From NCBI GenBank assembly GCA_963699145.1, contig OY969416.1:1246456-1310455 (forward strand): 64,000 nt of DNA, in the 5' to 3' direction. The position numbers and the translations under genes were made by a program. Positions 24,277-33,430 of the stretch are shown here, piece after piece. Under the pieces are notes generated by a model. It was not told the origin of the DNA. It saw nothing but the letters and a program-made list of their open reading frames with translations, and made no database searches. Origin of the DNA: an uncultured Verrucomicrobiae bacterium. GTDB lineage: Bacteria > Verrucomicrobiota > Verrucomicrobiia > Limisphaerales > DASXHY01. Every line of letters starts with the position of its first letter. Position 1 is the stretch's first letter.

Positions 24277-27200
24277 CTCGGCCGTGTCGAAATTATTCGT
24301 GAACCCGTAATTGATGAGCCAGGGATCGGCGTGCCATGCGGCGGCGGCGGTGCGGGATAGTTGGTAATGAAATTCACCGAGTTCGTGAGGTTGAAGCCGT
24401 AGAAATTCGTCCCCGCCGTGTTCGTGTAAATCGTGTTATCGATGGCAAACAAACTGAAGGCGTTGCTCGCGTTGATGGGGTCGCTGAACGAAAACGTCAG
24501 CAGATTGCCAAACGAGGCATAGGGAAGGCTGCTCGCCAGGTCGGTCGGATTTGGGCTCGTCAATAGCGCCCACTCACCCCCCGCACCATCGTTCGTTTGC
24601 GTCAGACTCCAGCCATCCAGCAATCCGCCGGTGTTTGTGGTGTTCAAGCTGAGGGTTACGGGCCAGTTGGCCTGATAGTGCACATTCAGTTGCCGGATGT
24701 AGCGCGGCACATAAATCGCGCGCAACGCGATGTTGTGAGGATTCACATCCGCATCCGCCGCCAGCCGCAGAAAACCGCCCAGTACATTGCCGGCGTACGT
24801 GCTTGGGTTATACGGGGGCAGCGTGTAATTGGTGGTGTACGTCAGATCCTGGTTGGTCATGATGTCGCCCGTCATGTTGGTCGTGTACGTAAAGTTGGTG
24901 CCACTGGGGAAGTAAGTATCGTCCGGTGACTTGGAAGTGAATCCCTGGTAGGTGATTTCGAACGTCGGCAGGAATTGAATCGCCGACCGTTTCAACGTCG
25001 CCCAGCGCAACACATATTGGCTGCTGAGATCCTTCCCGATTCGCGCAAAGTCGAGCGGCAATTGCGTAATGTCCGTTCCCGCATCATAAAATCGTCCCAG
25101 GGTGGTATCGGAAATATTCTGGAGCGTGGGTACGTTCTCTTCATCGCCGAAGCCGACGGTGTAGATTTGCACCGCGCCATTGGTTGCGGCCTTGAGCACG
25201 TTGACGAGCGTGTTCGTGCTGGAATCGTCCTGGCCGTCGGACATGAACACGACGTAATGAGTCTCATCAATATTCGTGGTTCCCAACCCCGCGACTGCCA
25301 GGCCCAACGCATCCCACGCGCGCGAAGCGGCCGGGAAGCCCTGCACGTAATTGGTCCAAATGCCGCCAATCTTCGCGGTCAACAGCGCCTTATCGGTCGT
25401 CAGCGAACTCACCTGCTGCGGCACTTCGTCGTCGCGATGGAATTCGTAAACGCCGATTTGCGAACCGGGCGGCTGTTGATTGACGAATGCCTGCGCGCTG
25501 GCGATTTCCGCATCCACGGCATCGGAAATCCCGTTGTGATCGGCGTCGCCGTTGGCGGCGATGGAAGCCACGCTCGCGGTGAAATCCAGGACGAGATAAC
25601 CCTTCAGCACTTTGGAAGCCGCGGGTTGGAGAATCACGCCGGTTTCAGACGGGCTGACCTGGTTGCCGTCTTCAAAGGCAGTTACGGTCATTAAAGACGG
25701 CGCCGCAACCACTGCGTGGCTGCTGAGCGGATCGGCGCTGTCGCGCAAGGAGAAGGTGGCTTCGATCAAATAGGGCGAAAAGTATTTTGTCGTGACGTTG
25801 GTCACCGAGAGACCTGTTACCTGTAGATTTCCCACGGTCAGTTGCAACGTATTGCTTCCCACACCGTATCCGTTTGCGGCAAAAATCGGCACACTGTAGT
25901 TGCCCGCGTAGAGTGGAATGCCGCTGATCACGCCCGTGTTGGTATTGACGGTCAAGCCAATCGGTAAACTGGTTGCCCAAAATGAGTTCGGAGTGTTGTT
26001 CGCCTTGATCGTGTAACTGAAATTTCCCTCTTCCGTGCCGCTGGCCGTCAGCGCACTGGTGATCACCGGCACATTGGTTGCGAGAGTGATCGTCAACGTC
26101 TGGCTGTCCGCGCCAAATGCATTAAGTGAACCAATCGTGACGGGGAACGTTCCGTTCACCAGCGGAATTCCTGAAATGACTCCGCTGATCGGGTCCACCG
26201 TCAATCCCGTCGGCAACGGCGTCGCGGTGTAGGTCGCCGGATTGTTCGTGGCTTTGATGGTGTAGGAGAAGGATGTCCCCTGCTTGGCCGTCTTGGTCAG
26301 CGCGCTGGTGATGAGTGGCGCGCCCGAAGCCAGGTTCAGGTTCAACGTCTGCGTGGCGGCGCCGTAAAGATTTGTGGAGGTGATCGTGATGGCAAATGGA
26401 CCCGCGACCAGCGGTATTCCCGAGATGATGCCGCTCGCGTTGTCCACACTCATTCCCAGGGGCAACGGCCCCGCGTCAAACCACGCCGGGTCGTTCGTGG
26501 CCGTAATGGCGTAGGTGAACGAAAAACCCTGCTTGCCGGTCGCGTTCGTCGCGCTGACGATGACGGGAATATCATCCGCCAGCGTAACCGTCAGATTCGA
26601 TGCGGTGGTCGCGCCGCCATTCGTTGCGTAGAGAGTGAGGTTATAAGTTCCGAACACCGACGGGATGCCGGAAATCAACCCGTTGGTTTGGTTCACGCTC
26701 AAGCCGTCCGGCAGTCCGTCCGCGCCGTATGTAATCGGCGGCGTGCCGGAGGCGAGAATCGGGAAATTGAACGCATGCCCTTGCTTGCCGATGGTGTTCG
26801 TCGTGCTGGTAATCACGGGCACAACCCAAATCACGTTCAGAAAGACCACGTGACTGGTGGCGGAGCCAAACGCGTTGGACACTACGACGGAATAGACGCC
26901 GGCATCGGACAGCGATAAATTTTGGATCGCCAGGTTGGTCGAATCAGCGCCGGTTGTGCGACTGTCGTTTAGCAGGTTTGCGAAGTTATGCCGCCATTGA
27001 AAAAACAGCGGAGGCGAGCCCGCCGCCGTAATGCTGAAAGTCGCGTTGCTGCCCGGTTGACTGGTGCCGCCAACCGGTTGGGTAAGAATGCTCACGTGCA
27101 CGTCCACGGTCAATTGGATCGTCGCACTGGAAAGGCTCTGCAACGGGCCGCCGCCGAATGGGTAGTAGAGGACTTTCGCAAAATAATACCCGGAATTGGT

Positions 27201-27470
27201 CACCTGGATGTTATCGAACACCAGCGCTCCCGTCTGCGCGACCTGCGTGAAAGGGCCTCCGCTCGTTGGAGACATGAACCATTGATAGCCTGCGATCGAT
27301 TCCCCGCCGGTGGTGACGACGATGGCGCCCAGGGCCACGTGTTCGCCCACGGCGATGGTCTCGGTGCCGGGTTGGATCTCGATCGAGATATTGGCGCGCG
27401 CACGTTGAATTGGGAGGGAAAAGGTAAGAAATAGAATCAGCCCTATTGCGCCCTTAATCGCTGGGTTCAT
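24273..27470 (-). CDS. Adhesin-like protein, main ORF (Ig-like x2, He_PIG-like x4, VWA)
   Basis: Signal peptide MNPAIKGAIGLILFLTFSLPIQRARA. Ig I-set-like GYQWF / FFQWRHN...DAGVYSVVVSN. Four 83-aa repeats (..GKQG.SF.Y.I.A.N.P..Y.A..LP.GL.V....G.ISGIP...G.). VWA-like VVFMSDGQDDSS...IYTVGFG. Confidence 0.85.
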   Translation of the reverse strand: MNPAIKGAIGLILFLTFSLPIQRARANISIEIQPGTETIAVGEHVALGAIVVTTGGESIAGYQWFMSPTSGGPFTQVAQTGALVFDNIQVTNSGYYFAKVLYYPFGGGPLQSLSSATIQLTVDVHVSILTQPVGGTSQPGSNATFSITAAGSPPLFFQWRHNFANLLNDSRTTGADSTNLAIQNLSLSDAGVYSVVVSNAFGSATSHVVFLNVIWVVPVITSTTNTIGKQGHAFNFPILASGTPPITYGADGLPDGLSVNQTNGLISGIPSVFGTYNLTLYATNGGATTASNLTVTLADDIPVIVSATNATGKQGFSFTYAITATNDPAWFDAGPLPLGMSVDNASGIISGIPLVAGPFAITITSTNLYGAATQTLNLNLASGAPLITSALTKTAKQGTSFSYTIKATNNPATYTATPLPTGLTVDPISGVISGIPLVNGTFPVTIGSLNAFGADSQTLTITLATNVPVITSALTASGTEEGNFSYTIKANNTPNSFWATSLPIGLTVNTNTGVISGIPLYAGNYSVPIFAANGYGVGSNTLQLTVGNLQVTGLSVTNVTTKYFSPYLIEATFSLRDSADPLSSHAVVAAPSLMTVTAFEDGNQVSPSETGVILQPAASKVLKGYLVLDFTASVASIAANGDADHNGISDAVDAEIASAQAFVNQQPPGSQIGVYEFHRDDEVPQQVSSLTTDKALLTAKIGGIWTNYVQGFPAASRAWDALGLAVAGLGTTNIDETHYVVFMSDGQDDSSTNTLVNVLKAATNGAVQIYTVGFGDEENVPTLQNISDTTLGRFYDAGTDITQLPLDFARIGKDLSSQYVLRWATLKRSAIQFLPTFEITYQGFTSKSPDDTYFPSGTNFTYTTNMTGDIMTNQDLTYTTNYTLPPYNPSTYAGNVLGGFLRLAADADVNPHNIALRAIYVPRYIRQLNVHYQANWPVTLSLNTTNTGGLLDGWSLTQTNDGAGGEWALLTSPNPTDLASSLPYASFGNLLTFSFSDPINASNAFSLFAIDNTIYTNTAGTNFYGFNLTNSVNFITNYPAPPPPHGTPIPGSSITGSRIISTRPS

Positions 27471-27599
27471 AAGAAGTTATCATTTGTCCACGGGCGGGTG
27501 CAACTGCAAGAACAAAAGATATATTTGGCTGCTTTTTAGTTGCTAATGGGCGCGCCGAGCGGGTTGGTTCCGTAGTTCTCCTGATGTGCGTCGGAACGC

Positions 27600-28706
27600 T
27601 CAGGTGTTTTTCACAAACAATTTCCCGGGCAGTTGTTTCACCAGCCGTTTCATTTCCAAACTGAACAACGCAACTGAAACCGCCGAGCTGGGCAGACCGC
27701 ATTTGCGGATGACATCGTCAATCGTCACTTCCTCGCTGTCGAGCGCGCCGAAAACTTTTTGTTCGTTCTCGGAAAGATCCAGCGCGGGCAACACGCCGGT
27801 CTCGTTCGCGGAAGGCGGGCGATTGCTCGCGGGAAATAAATATTCAAACTCGCTGAGAATGTCCTCCACGCCTTCGCAGAGTTTCGCGCCCTTCTTGATC
27901 AATTCATGGCAGCCCTTGCTGCGCGGCGAGTCAATCCGCCCCGGCACCGCGAACACCTGGCGGCCGTATTCCGTAGCGAAATTCGCCGTGATGAGCGCGC
28001 CGCTCGTCAGGTTTGCCTCCACCACGACTGTGCCGAGCGTCATGCCCGCGACGATGCGATTGCGGATGGCGAAGGATTGCTTGTCCGCCTTGCGGTTAAA
28101 GGGAAATTGTGAAATCACGGCGCCATTCGCCGCGATGCGTTCAAAAAGTTCGCCATTCTCCGGCGGAAAAACGATGGCGATGCCGGTCCCCAGCACGCAG
28201 ATCGTGCGGCCCTTTCCAGAAAGCGCGCCTTGATGCGCCGCAGTGTCGATGCCGCGCGCGCCGCCGCTCACGACGGTCACACCGGTGTAAGCGAGTTGAT
28301 AGCCGAGCTTGCGCGCGACTTCGATGCCGTAATGGGTGGTCATGCGCGAGCCGACCATCGCCACGCCGTTCTTGTCCTTCGTGGTCAACTTGCCTTTGAC
28401 GTAAAGCACTGTCGGTGGATCGTAAATTTCGCGGAGTAATTCGGGATAGTGGGCATCCGATTGAATGACGACTTCGCAGCCGGAATCCGCAATGCGTTTC
28501 ATTTCGGCAGCGAGATCCACGGATTTTTCCCAGCCGACAATCGACTCGGCGGTTTCCTCGCCGATGCCGCGCACGTGGAGGAGTTGGTGTTTGGAAGCGC
28601 TGAGGATTTTCGCGGCATCGCCGAAGTGCTCGAGCAATTGCCGGACGCGCACGGGACCAACGTGCTCGACCATGTTCAATGCGACCAACGCTTCCCGGGA
28701 ATCCAT
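27600..28706 (-). CDS. dprA: DNA-processing protein DprA (Smf)
   Basis: An N-terminal SAM-like region (ALNMVEHVGPVRVRQLLEHFG), a Rossmann-like core (VAMVGSR..T.YG...A..L...GVTVVSGGARGIDTAAHQGAL...G.TI.VLGTG) and a C-terminal wHTH. Confidence 0.92.
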   Translation of the reverse strand: MDSREALVALNMVEHVGPVRVRQLLEHFGDAAKILSASKHQLLHVRGIGEETAESIVGWEKSVDLAAEMKRIADSGCEVVIQSDAHYPELLREIYDPPTVLYVKGKLTTKDKNGVAMVGSRMTTHYGIEVARKLGYQLAYTGVTVVSGGARGIDTAAHQGALSGKGRTICVLGTGIAIVFPPENGELFERIAANGAVISQFPFNRKADKQSFAIRNRIVAGMTLGTVVVEANLTSGALITANFATEYGRQVFAVPGRIDSPRSKGCHELIKKGAKLCEGVEDILSEFEYLFPASNRPPSANETGVLPALDLSENEQKVFGALDSEEVTIDDVIRKCGLPSSAVSVALFSLEMKRLVKQLPGKLFVKNT

Positions 28707-28782
28707 GCGGCGTGAATAGCGGGTTTGGGGCGCGGCAGCAAGGCGAAGTTAAAGGACCTCACAGAATTCTGAATCCCTTTTC

Positions 28783-28883
28783 GAAAGCGGCAGAGGGCTG
28801 CCGCACTCCAAGACGCTGTCGCGAGTCAAACTGCGTCGGAAGTTCCGCCAGGTTTTGGAGTGCGGCAGTCCTCTGCCGCTTTT
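28783..28883. repeat. Family-4 palindromic repeat, intact copy
   Basis: gaaagcggcagagggctgccgcactccaagacg...cgccaggttttggagtgcggcagtcctctgccgcttttt forms a ~100-bp hairpin. Same family as 7833-8164. Confidence 0.8.
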
Positions 28884-29342
28884 TCACACCGCCTTCACCG
28901 GCAGAACAAAATTCGGATCGACGACGAGGTGTTTGGAAAGATGATTGAAATATTCCCCCGCACTGAAAAATCCCTAAAAGAACGGAGGAGTTCCACTGTC
29001 CTTGGAGTTTAGTTCAGCGACCAGGGATTCAATACAAATGTCGGTGGCGACTTGGACAAGGTAAATTTTACGGTCGCCCCGCCATAAACCTGAGGATCCG
29101 CCTCCACCCGCCTAAGATCGAAAAAGAAATTCTCCGACGTCAATAGCAGTAATTTGATGGCCAACGGAAGCATCCCGAATTCGGGATACGTCGCGGTAAT
29201 GGATCCCTTCATAGGATAAGTAAGAGATAATGGTGGCGGAATTGTTCCCATCGGTTGAGCGGAAGGGCGAGTTCTTTGGGGTCAACTCCCCGTGGAGACG
29301 AGCGGCCTTGCGCCGGAAGTTCTTGTAAAGAGGACTTTTAAA

Positions 29343-29873
29343 ATGAAAACACGCTTAGTTGAACGCAATACTTCCAGCCGCATGACCGAGCCGCATGCCA
29401 GTCTCAAGAGCGGCGAGGGAGAGAAACTGGAACAATCGATCATCATCAACCGCTCGCCGGAGGAGATTTATTCTTTCTGGCGGCAGTTGGAAAACCTGTC
29501 CCGCTTCATGCAGCACATCAAATCCGTCACGCAGACGGGTTCGGGCATTTCGCATTGGGTCGTGCAGACTTCGCACGGCGCGAAGTTCGAATGGGACGCC
29601 CGGCTTATCGAAGACAAACCTGGGCAGATGCTTTCCTGGCAATCACTCGACGGCGCGGACGTCGACAACGCCGGCTCCGTCTGGTTCACGCCTTCCAGCG
29701 ACGGTCGGGGAACCGTGGTGAAGGTCGCGATGAAATATTCGCCGCCGGGCGGAAAATTTGGCGCGTTGATGGCCAAGGTTTTCGGCGACAGCGCGGAGAA
29801 ACAAATGACGGAAGATTTGGTGCGGCTGAAAAATTTGATGGAATCACCGGGCCATCTGCCCGTTACGCAGTGA
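29343..29873 (+). CDS. SRPBCC-superfamily (cyclase/dehydrase-like) protein
   Basis: INRSPEEIYSFWRQLENLSRFMQHIKSV...W.....G..FEWDA.LIEDKPGQMLSWQS fits the SRPBCC pattern. I preferred the ATG at 29343 to the track's upstream start. Confidence 0.8.
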   Translation: MKTRLVERNTSSRMTEPHASLKSGEGEKLEQSIIINRSPEEIYSFWRQLENLSRFMQHIKSVTQTGSGISHWVVQTSHGAKFEWDARLIEDKPGQMLSWQSLDGADVDNAGSVWFTPSSDGRGTVVKVAMKYSPPGGKFGALMAKVFGDSAEKQMTEDLVRLKNLMESPGHLPVTQ

Positions 29874-29950
29874 TCGAATCAGGTAGCAGCCGAGGTGACG
29901 AGGCTCCATGGCCGCGTTGAAACTGGAGTCCCGCCACAGCGGCCGCTACT

Positions 29951-31411
29951 TTAAAAGAGCTTTATTTGCGCACGTTCCTTGGCGAGGGTATCGGTCAGGC
30001 TCGCGCCGCGACCGTTGCGCCGTTCGATGATGTGCTTGTCCATGGACGGGTCAAACTTCACGGGGTAGTTGCCGTCGTAACACGCCATGCAAAATGAGTT
30101 CTTCGGCAGGCCCGTCGCTTTCACCAATCCGTCCTGGGAGAGATAGTGCAGCGAATCGGCGTTCAGATATTTGCGAATGTCTTCGAGCGCATAATTCGCG
30201 GCCATCAATTTGCTGCGGTCCGGAAAATCGATGCCGTACACGCACGGGTTCATGTGCGGCGGGCAGCTTACCAACACGTGCACTTCTTTCGCGCCGGCTT
30301 CCTTCAAGCTGTTCACGCGCGTTTTGCACGTGGTGCCGCGCACGATCGAGTCGTCCACCACAATCACGCGCTTGTCCTTCACCAGTTCGCCGATGAGGTT
30401 CAGCTTCACGCGCACGTTGAAATCGCGAATCAACTGCGACGGTTGCAGGAAGCTGCGTCCGACGTAATGGTTGCGCACGAACGCCATCTCGAACGGGATA
30501 TTGGACTCGAGCGAAAACCCGAGCGCCGCGCAATTCCCGCTATCCGGCACAGGCACCACGACATCGGCCTCAATCGGATTCTCGCGCGCGAGCTGCCGGC
30601 CCATTTCGACGCGCACTTTGTAAACGTTGCGATTTGCAATCGTGCTGTCCGGTCGCGCGAAATAAACGTATTCAAAAATGCAAAACGCCCGGCGTTGATG
30701 CTCCGGAAACGCCTGGAGGCTCGTCAGGCCGTCCTTGTTGATGATGACGATCTCGCCCGGTTCCACGTCGCGGACGAATTTTGCGTGAATCAAATCCAGC
30801 GCGCAGGTCTCGCTCGCCAGCACCCAGCCCTCGTCGAGCTTGCCAATGCACAACGGGCGGAAACCGTGCGGGTCGCGCACGCCGATCAATTCCTTCTCCG
30901 TCATGATCACCAGCGAATACGCGCCTTCGATTTGACGGAGCGTGTGCACGAGATGATTGCCGCTGCCGTTGTAATTGGGCTGCGCCATCAGGTGAAGAAT
31001 GATTTCGCTGTCCACCGTGGTGCCGAAAATCGAACCTTTGGCTTCGAGATTCTCGCGCAATTGCGCCGCGTTCGTGAGGTTGCCGTTGTGCGCGATGGCG
31101 ATCTGCCCGCGCGCGCAATCCACGGTGAGCGGCTGCGCATTGCGCAAGTGCGAAGAGCCGGTGGTGGAATAGCGCGTGTGACCCACGGCCATGTTGCCGA
31201 CGAGGCCGTGCAGGACGTCGCCATCGAAAATTTGCGGGACCAGCCCCATGCCCCGGTGCACGCGAAATTGTTTGCCGTCGCACGTGACGATGCCGGCGCT
31301 TTCCTGGCCGCGATGCTGCAGGGCGTAGAGGCCGTAGTACGTGAGTTCGGCCGCATTCGGGTGTCCGAAAACGCCGAACACACCGCAATAATGTTTGGGG
31401 TAATGCTGCAT
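29951..31411 (-). CDS. purF: Amidophosphoribosyltransferase
   Basis: The N-terminal CGVFGVFGH gives the Ntn catalytic Cys after propeptide removal. HRGQESAGI, HTRYSTTG, and the PRTase motif VIVVDDSIVRGTT. Confidence 0.95.
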   Translation of the reverse strand: MQHYPKHYCGVFGVFGHPNAAELTYYGLYALQHRGQESAGIVTCDGKQFRVHRGMGLVPQIFDGDVLHGLVGNMAVGHTRYSTTGSSHLRNAQPLTVDCARGQIAIAHNGNLTNAAQLRENLEAKGSIFGTTVDSEIILHLMAQPNYNGSGNHLVHTLRQIEGAYSLVIMTEKELIGVRDPHGFRPLCIGKLDEGWVLASETCALDLIHAKFVRDVEPGEIVIINKDGLTSLQAFPEHQRRAFCIFEYVYFARPDSTIANRNVYKVRVEMGRQLARENPIEADVVVPVPDSGNCAALGFSLESNIPFEMAFVRNHYVGRSFLQPSQLIRDFNVRVKLNLIGELVKDKRVIVVDDSIVRGTTCKTRVNSLKEAGAKEVHVLVSCPPHMNPCVYGIDFPDRSKLMAANYALEDIRKYLNADSLHYLSQDGLVKATGLPKNSFCMACYDGNYPVKFDPSMDKHIIERRNGRGASLTDTLAKERAQIKLF

Positions 31412-31635
31412 GCTACAGGATACGGCTGCTGTGTTGACCGCTCAAAGCGAGCGCTAGTGTGACACTGTACTCGGACGGGTTCAAGCCAGCTTGCAAAGAA
31501 TTTATTCACAATCGATTTGGAATGGGAGAAGGGTGAAAAATCCTTAACGTCGGGGAAAAACCCACGTGCTCGTTGCAGGCGATGCTTCGATGTGACTCAG
31601 ACGACATCCCGCTCCTCTCACGAACGCACCACATT

Positions 31636-33243
31636 TCACTGCTTCTGAACGAGCCTGAAAAACTGCTGCAAACCGTTTTGCGGCACGGTCACGCTAAATT
31701 GATCCGCATTGGTGCTCACCGTTTGCAATACCGGCGACCACGGGCCGCTTATATCACTACTCGTCTCCAATTGATAACTCACCGCAAACGCCGGCCATGA
31801 GAGCGTGACGTCGGTGTCGGTGGCAACAATCGATAACGGCGGCCGCACGAGAATTTCCGTGATTTGCGTCGCCCAGGTCGACGACGTGAGCGGGAGCATT
31901 TGAATCGTCCAAAAACGGTCGGGGTCGGACGGATCAGGAGTGGTCGCGCTGTAATCACCCCACCGGCTTTCCTGCGCGCCGCCAAAAAGTTCGTTGAAAT
32001 CGTGATAATTTCCAATCGTTCCCGCCTGGAGCACCGTCGGTCCCGTGAACGTCGTGACGCCATTCACCGTCAGGCCGGCGTAAGCAAAGGAACTGATTGG
32101 CCGGTGAATGCTGCTGCCATTGCAGCCAATCACGATCACGCCGCCCACATTCGCCGCGATGGACGGATAAAATAAATCCAGGTCCGGATCCGTGATGGTG
32201 CCGGACTCCAGCAGCGTTTGGTTCGTGGCGCTGATGCGATACCAGCGAATCGCCGCGCGACTGTTCACCTCGATGCTCTGCGCCGCGAATATCACCCCGC
32301 CCACCGTGTAAACGCGCGCGCTCAAACGCGAGTCATTGTCGGCGAGCGTCGCCGAACCGTCCGGCTGCACGGGATCGATGGGGACGATATAATCATCCAC
32401 CGGAATTTTGATCGAATCAGCCAGCGACGCGTTGGTGGTATCGGCGTTCAGCACCTTCGAGAGAATCAGTGTGTCCCCGGAGAAAACATCCGCCGCGGCC
32501 AGGATGTCGCCACTGCTGCTCCCGTCCACGCACGTGACGGGTTGCAACACCTGTCCATGGTCCGGATAGGCCATCACGCCATACCAGGTGGCATTCGTGA
32601 TGACTGCCGGCGTCGTGTCCAGCAGCAGGTCCGCCTTGGGAATGGACCAAAGCGACGGCCCCACCGCAGTTGAGGCGTTCATGAACATATCGCCGGAGAT
32701 GTAAAGCGCGTTGGCGTCCACCCCAAGCGTCGGAAAATCCGCGAAATAACCCGTGTCCGGATCGGCCACAAAAGATTTGCCATGCCAGCCGCGCGTGGGA
32801 TCGGCGGTGTCGGAAATCGCGATGAGAAAATTATTCGCCCAGGTCGTGGGATCGCTCACCGTGTTGTTGAAATCCACCTGAGATGCAAACCAGCGTTGCG
32901 ATAGCGGATCGTAAATCACGCGGGGATCACTAATGGCCGCATCGGGCGAAATGACGACGCCGGCGCTGGCCCAGAATTGGTTGTCACTGACCCGGCGAAT
33001 GCGCTGGCCGTTGGTCTTCGCGTAAATCGCGAAGACGCCGTTAATAAATTCGACGTAATGTTTTGGGCCGATGGCGCCGTTGCCATCGGCCGGCGTGATG
33101 CCGGTCTCGGTGTTATCGGAGCCGGTGAAATTCTGCCCGATCTGAATCTGAACCGCCGTCTGCGCCAGGGAAATCGAGAGCAACTGGCTTAAAACCCAAA
33201 GGATCGCAGCCCGGCGGACATAACTTCGCAATGGATGGTTCAC
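31636..33243 (-). CDS. Secreted hypothetical protein with a C-terminal FFRL-type module
   Basis: Signal peptide ...AAILWVLSQLLSISLAQT. 535 aa and beta-rich. The C-terminus reads VTLSWPAFAVSYQLETSSDISGPWSPV...GLQQFFRLVQKQ. Confidence 0.75.
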   Translation of the reverse strand: MNHPLRSYVRRAAILWVLSQLLSISLAQTAVQIQIGQNFTGSDNTETGITPADGNGAIGPKHYVEFINGVFAIYAKTNGQRIRRVSDNQFWASAGVVISPDAAISDPRVIYDPLSQRWFASQVDFNNTVSDPTTWANNFLIAISDTADPTRGWHGKSFVADPDTGYFADFPTLGVDANALYISGDMFMNASTAVGPSLWSIPKADLLLDTTPAVITNATWYGVMAYPDHGQVLQPVTCVDGSSSGDILAAADVFSGDTLILSKVLNADTTNASLADSIKIPVDDYIVPIDPVQPDGSATLADNDSRLSARVYTVGGVIFAAQSIEVNSRAAIRWYRISATNQTLLESGTITDPDLDLFYPSIAANVGGVIVIGCNGSSIHRPISSFAYAGLTVNGVTTFTGPTVLQAGTIGNYHDFNELFGGAQESRWGDYSATTPDPSDPDRFWTIQMLPLTSSTWATQITEILVRPPLSIVATDTDVTLSWPAFAVSYQLETSSDISGPWSPVLQTVSTNADQFSVTVPQNGLQQFFRLVQKQ

Positions 33244-33430
33244 GAACGCGGCCAGTTAACGGGATGGATTGACGAAAATCAAGTGATGTCGCGAAGGCCC
33301 GCAGGGCTCACGCATGTAACTTCCTGGTAGCGCGGGCCTCCTCGCCTGCGAGTTGCGGCACCGTCCCGGTGCCGGGATCAACGATGCTTCACCGCAGCGG
33401 ACTAAAGTCCGCGCCCCTTCGGTCAAGTCG

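Larger units (their letters stand above)
23965..27470 (-). pseudogene. Giant secreted adhesin-like gene (signal peptide, 2 Ig-like, 4 He_PIG/cadherin-like repeats, VWA domain, C-terminal module), interrupted by a -1 frame change near 24338-24354
   Basis: The 1065-aa ORF stops at 24273. The adjacent frame reads AWHADPWLINYGFTNNFDTAELISTNGNGFTVWQDYYAGLNPTN... through to 23965 and is open across the (CCG)4 tract. This could be a real frameshift or an assembly indel. Confidence 0.6.
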
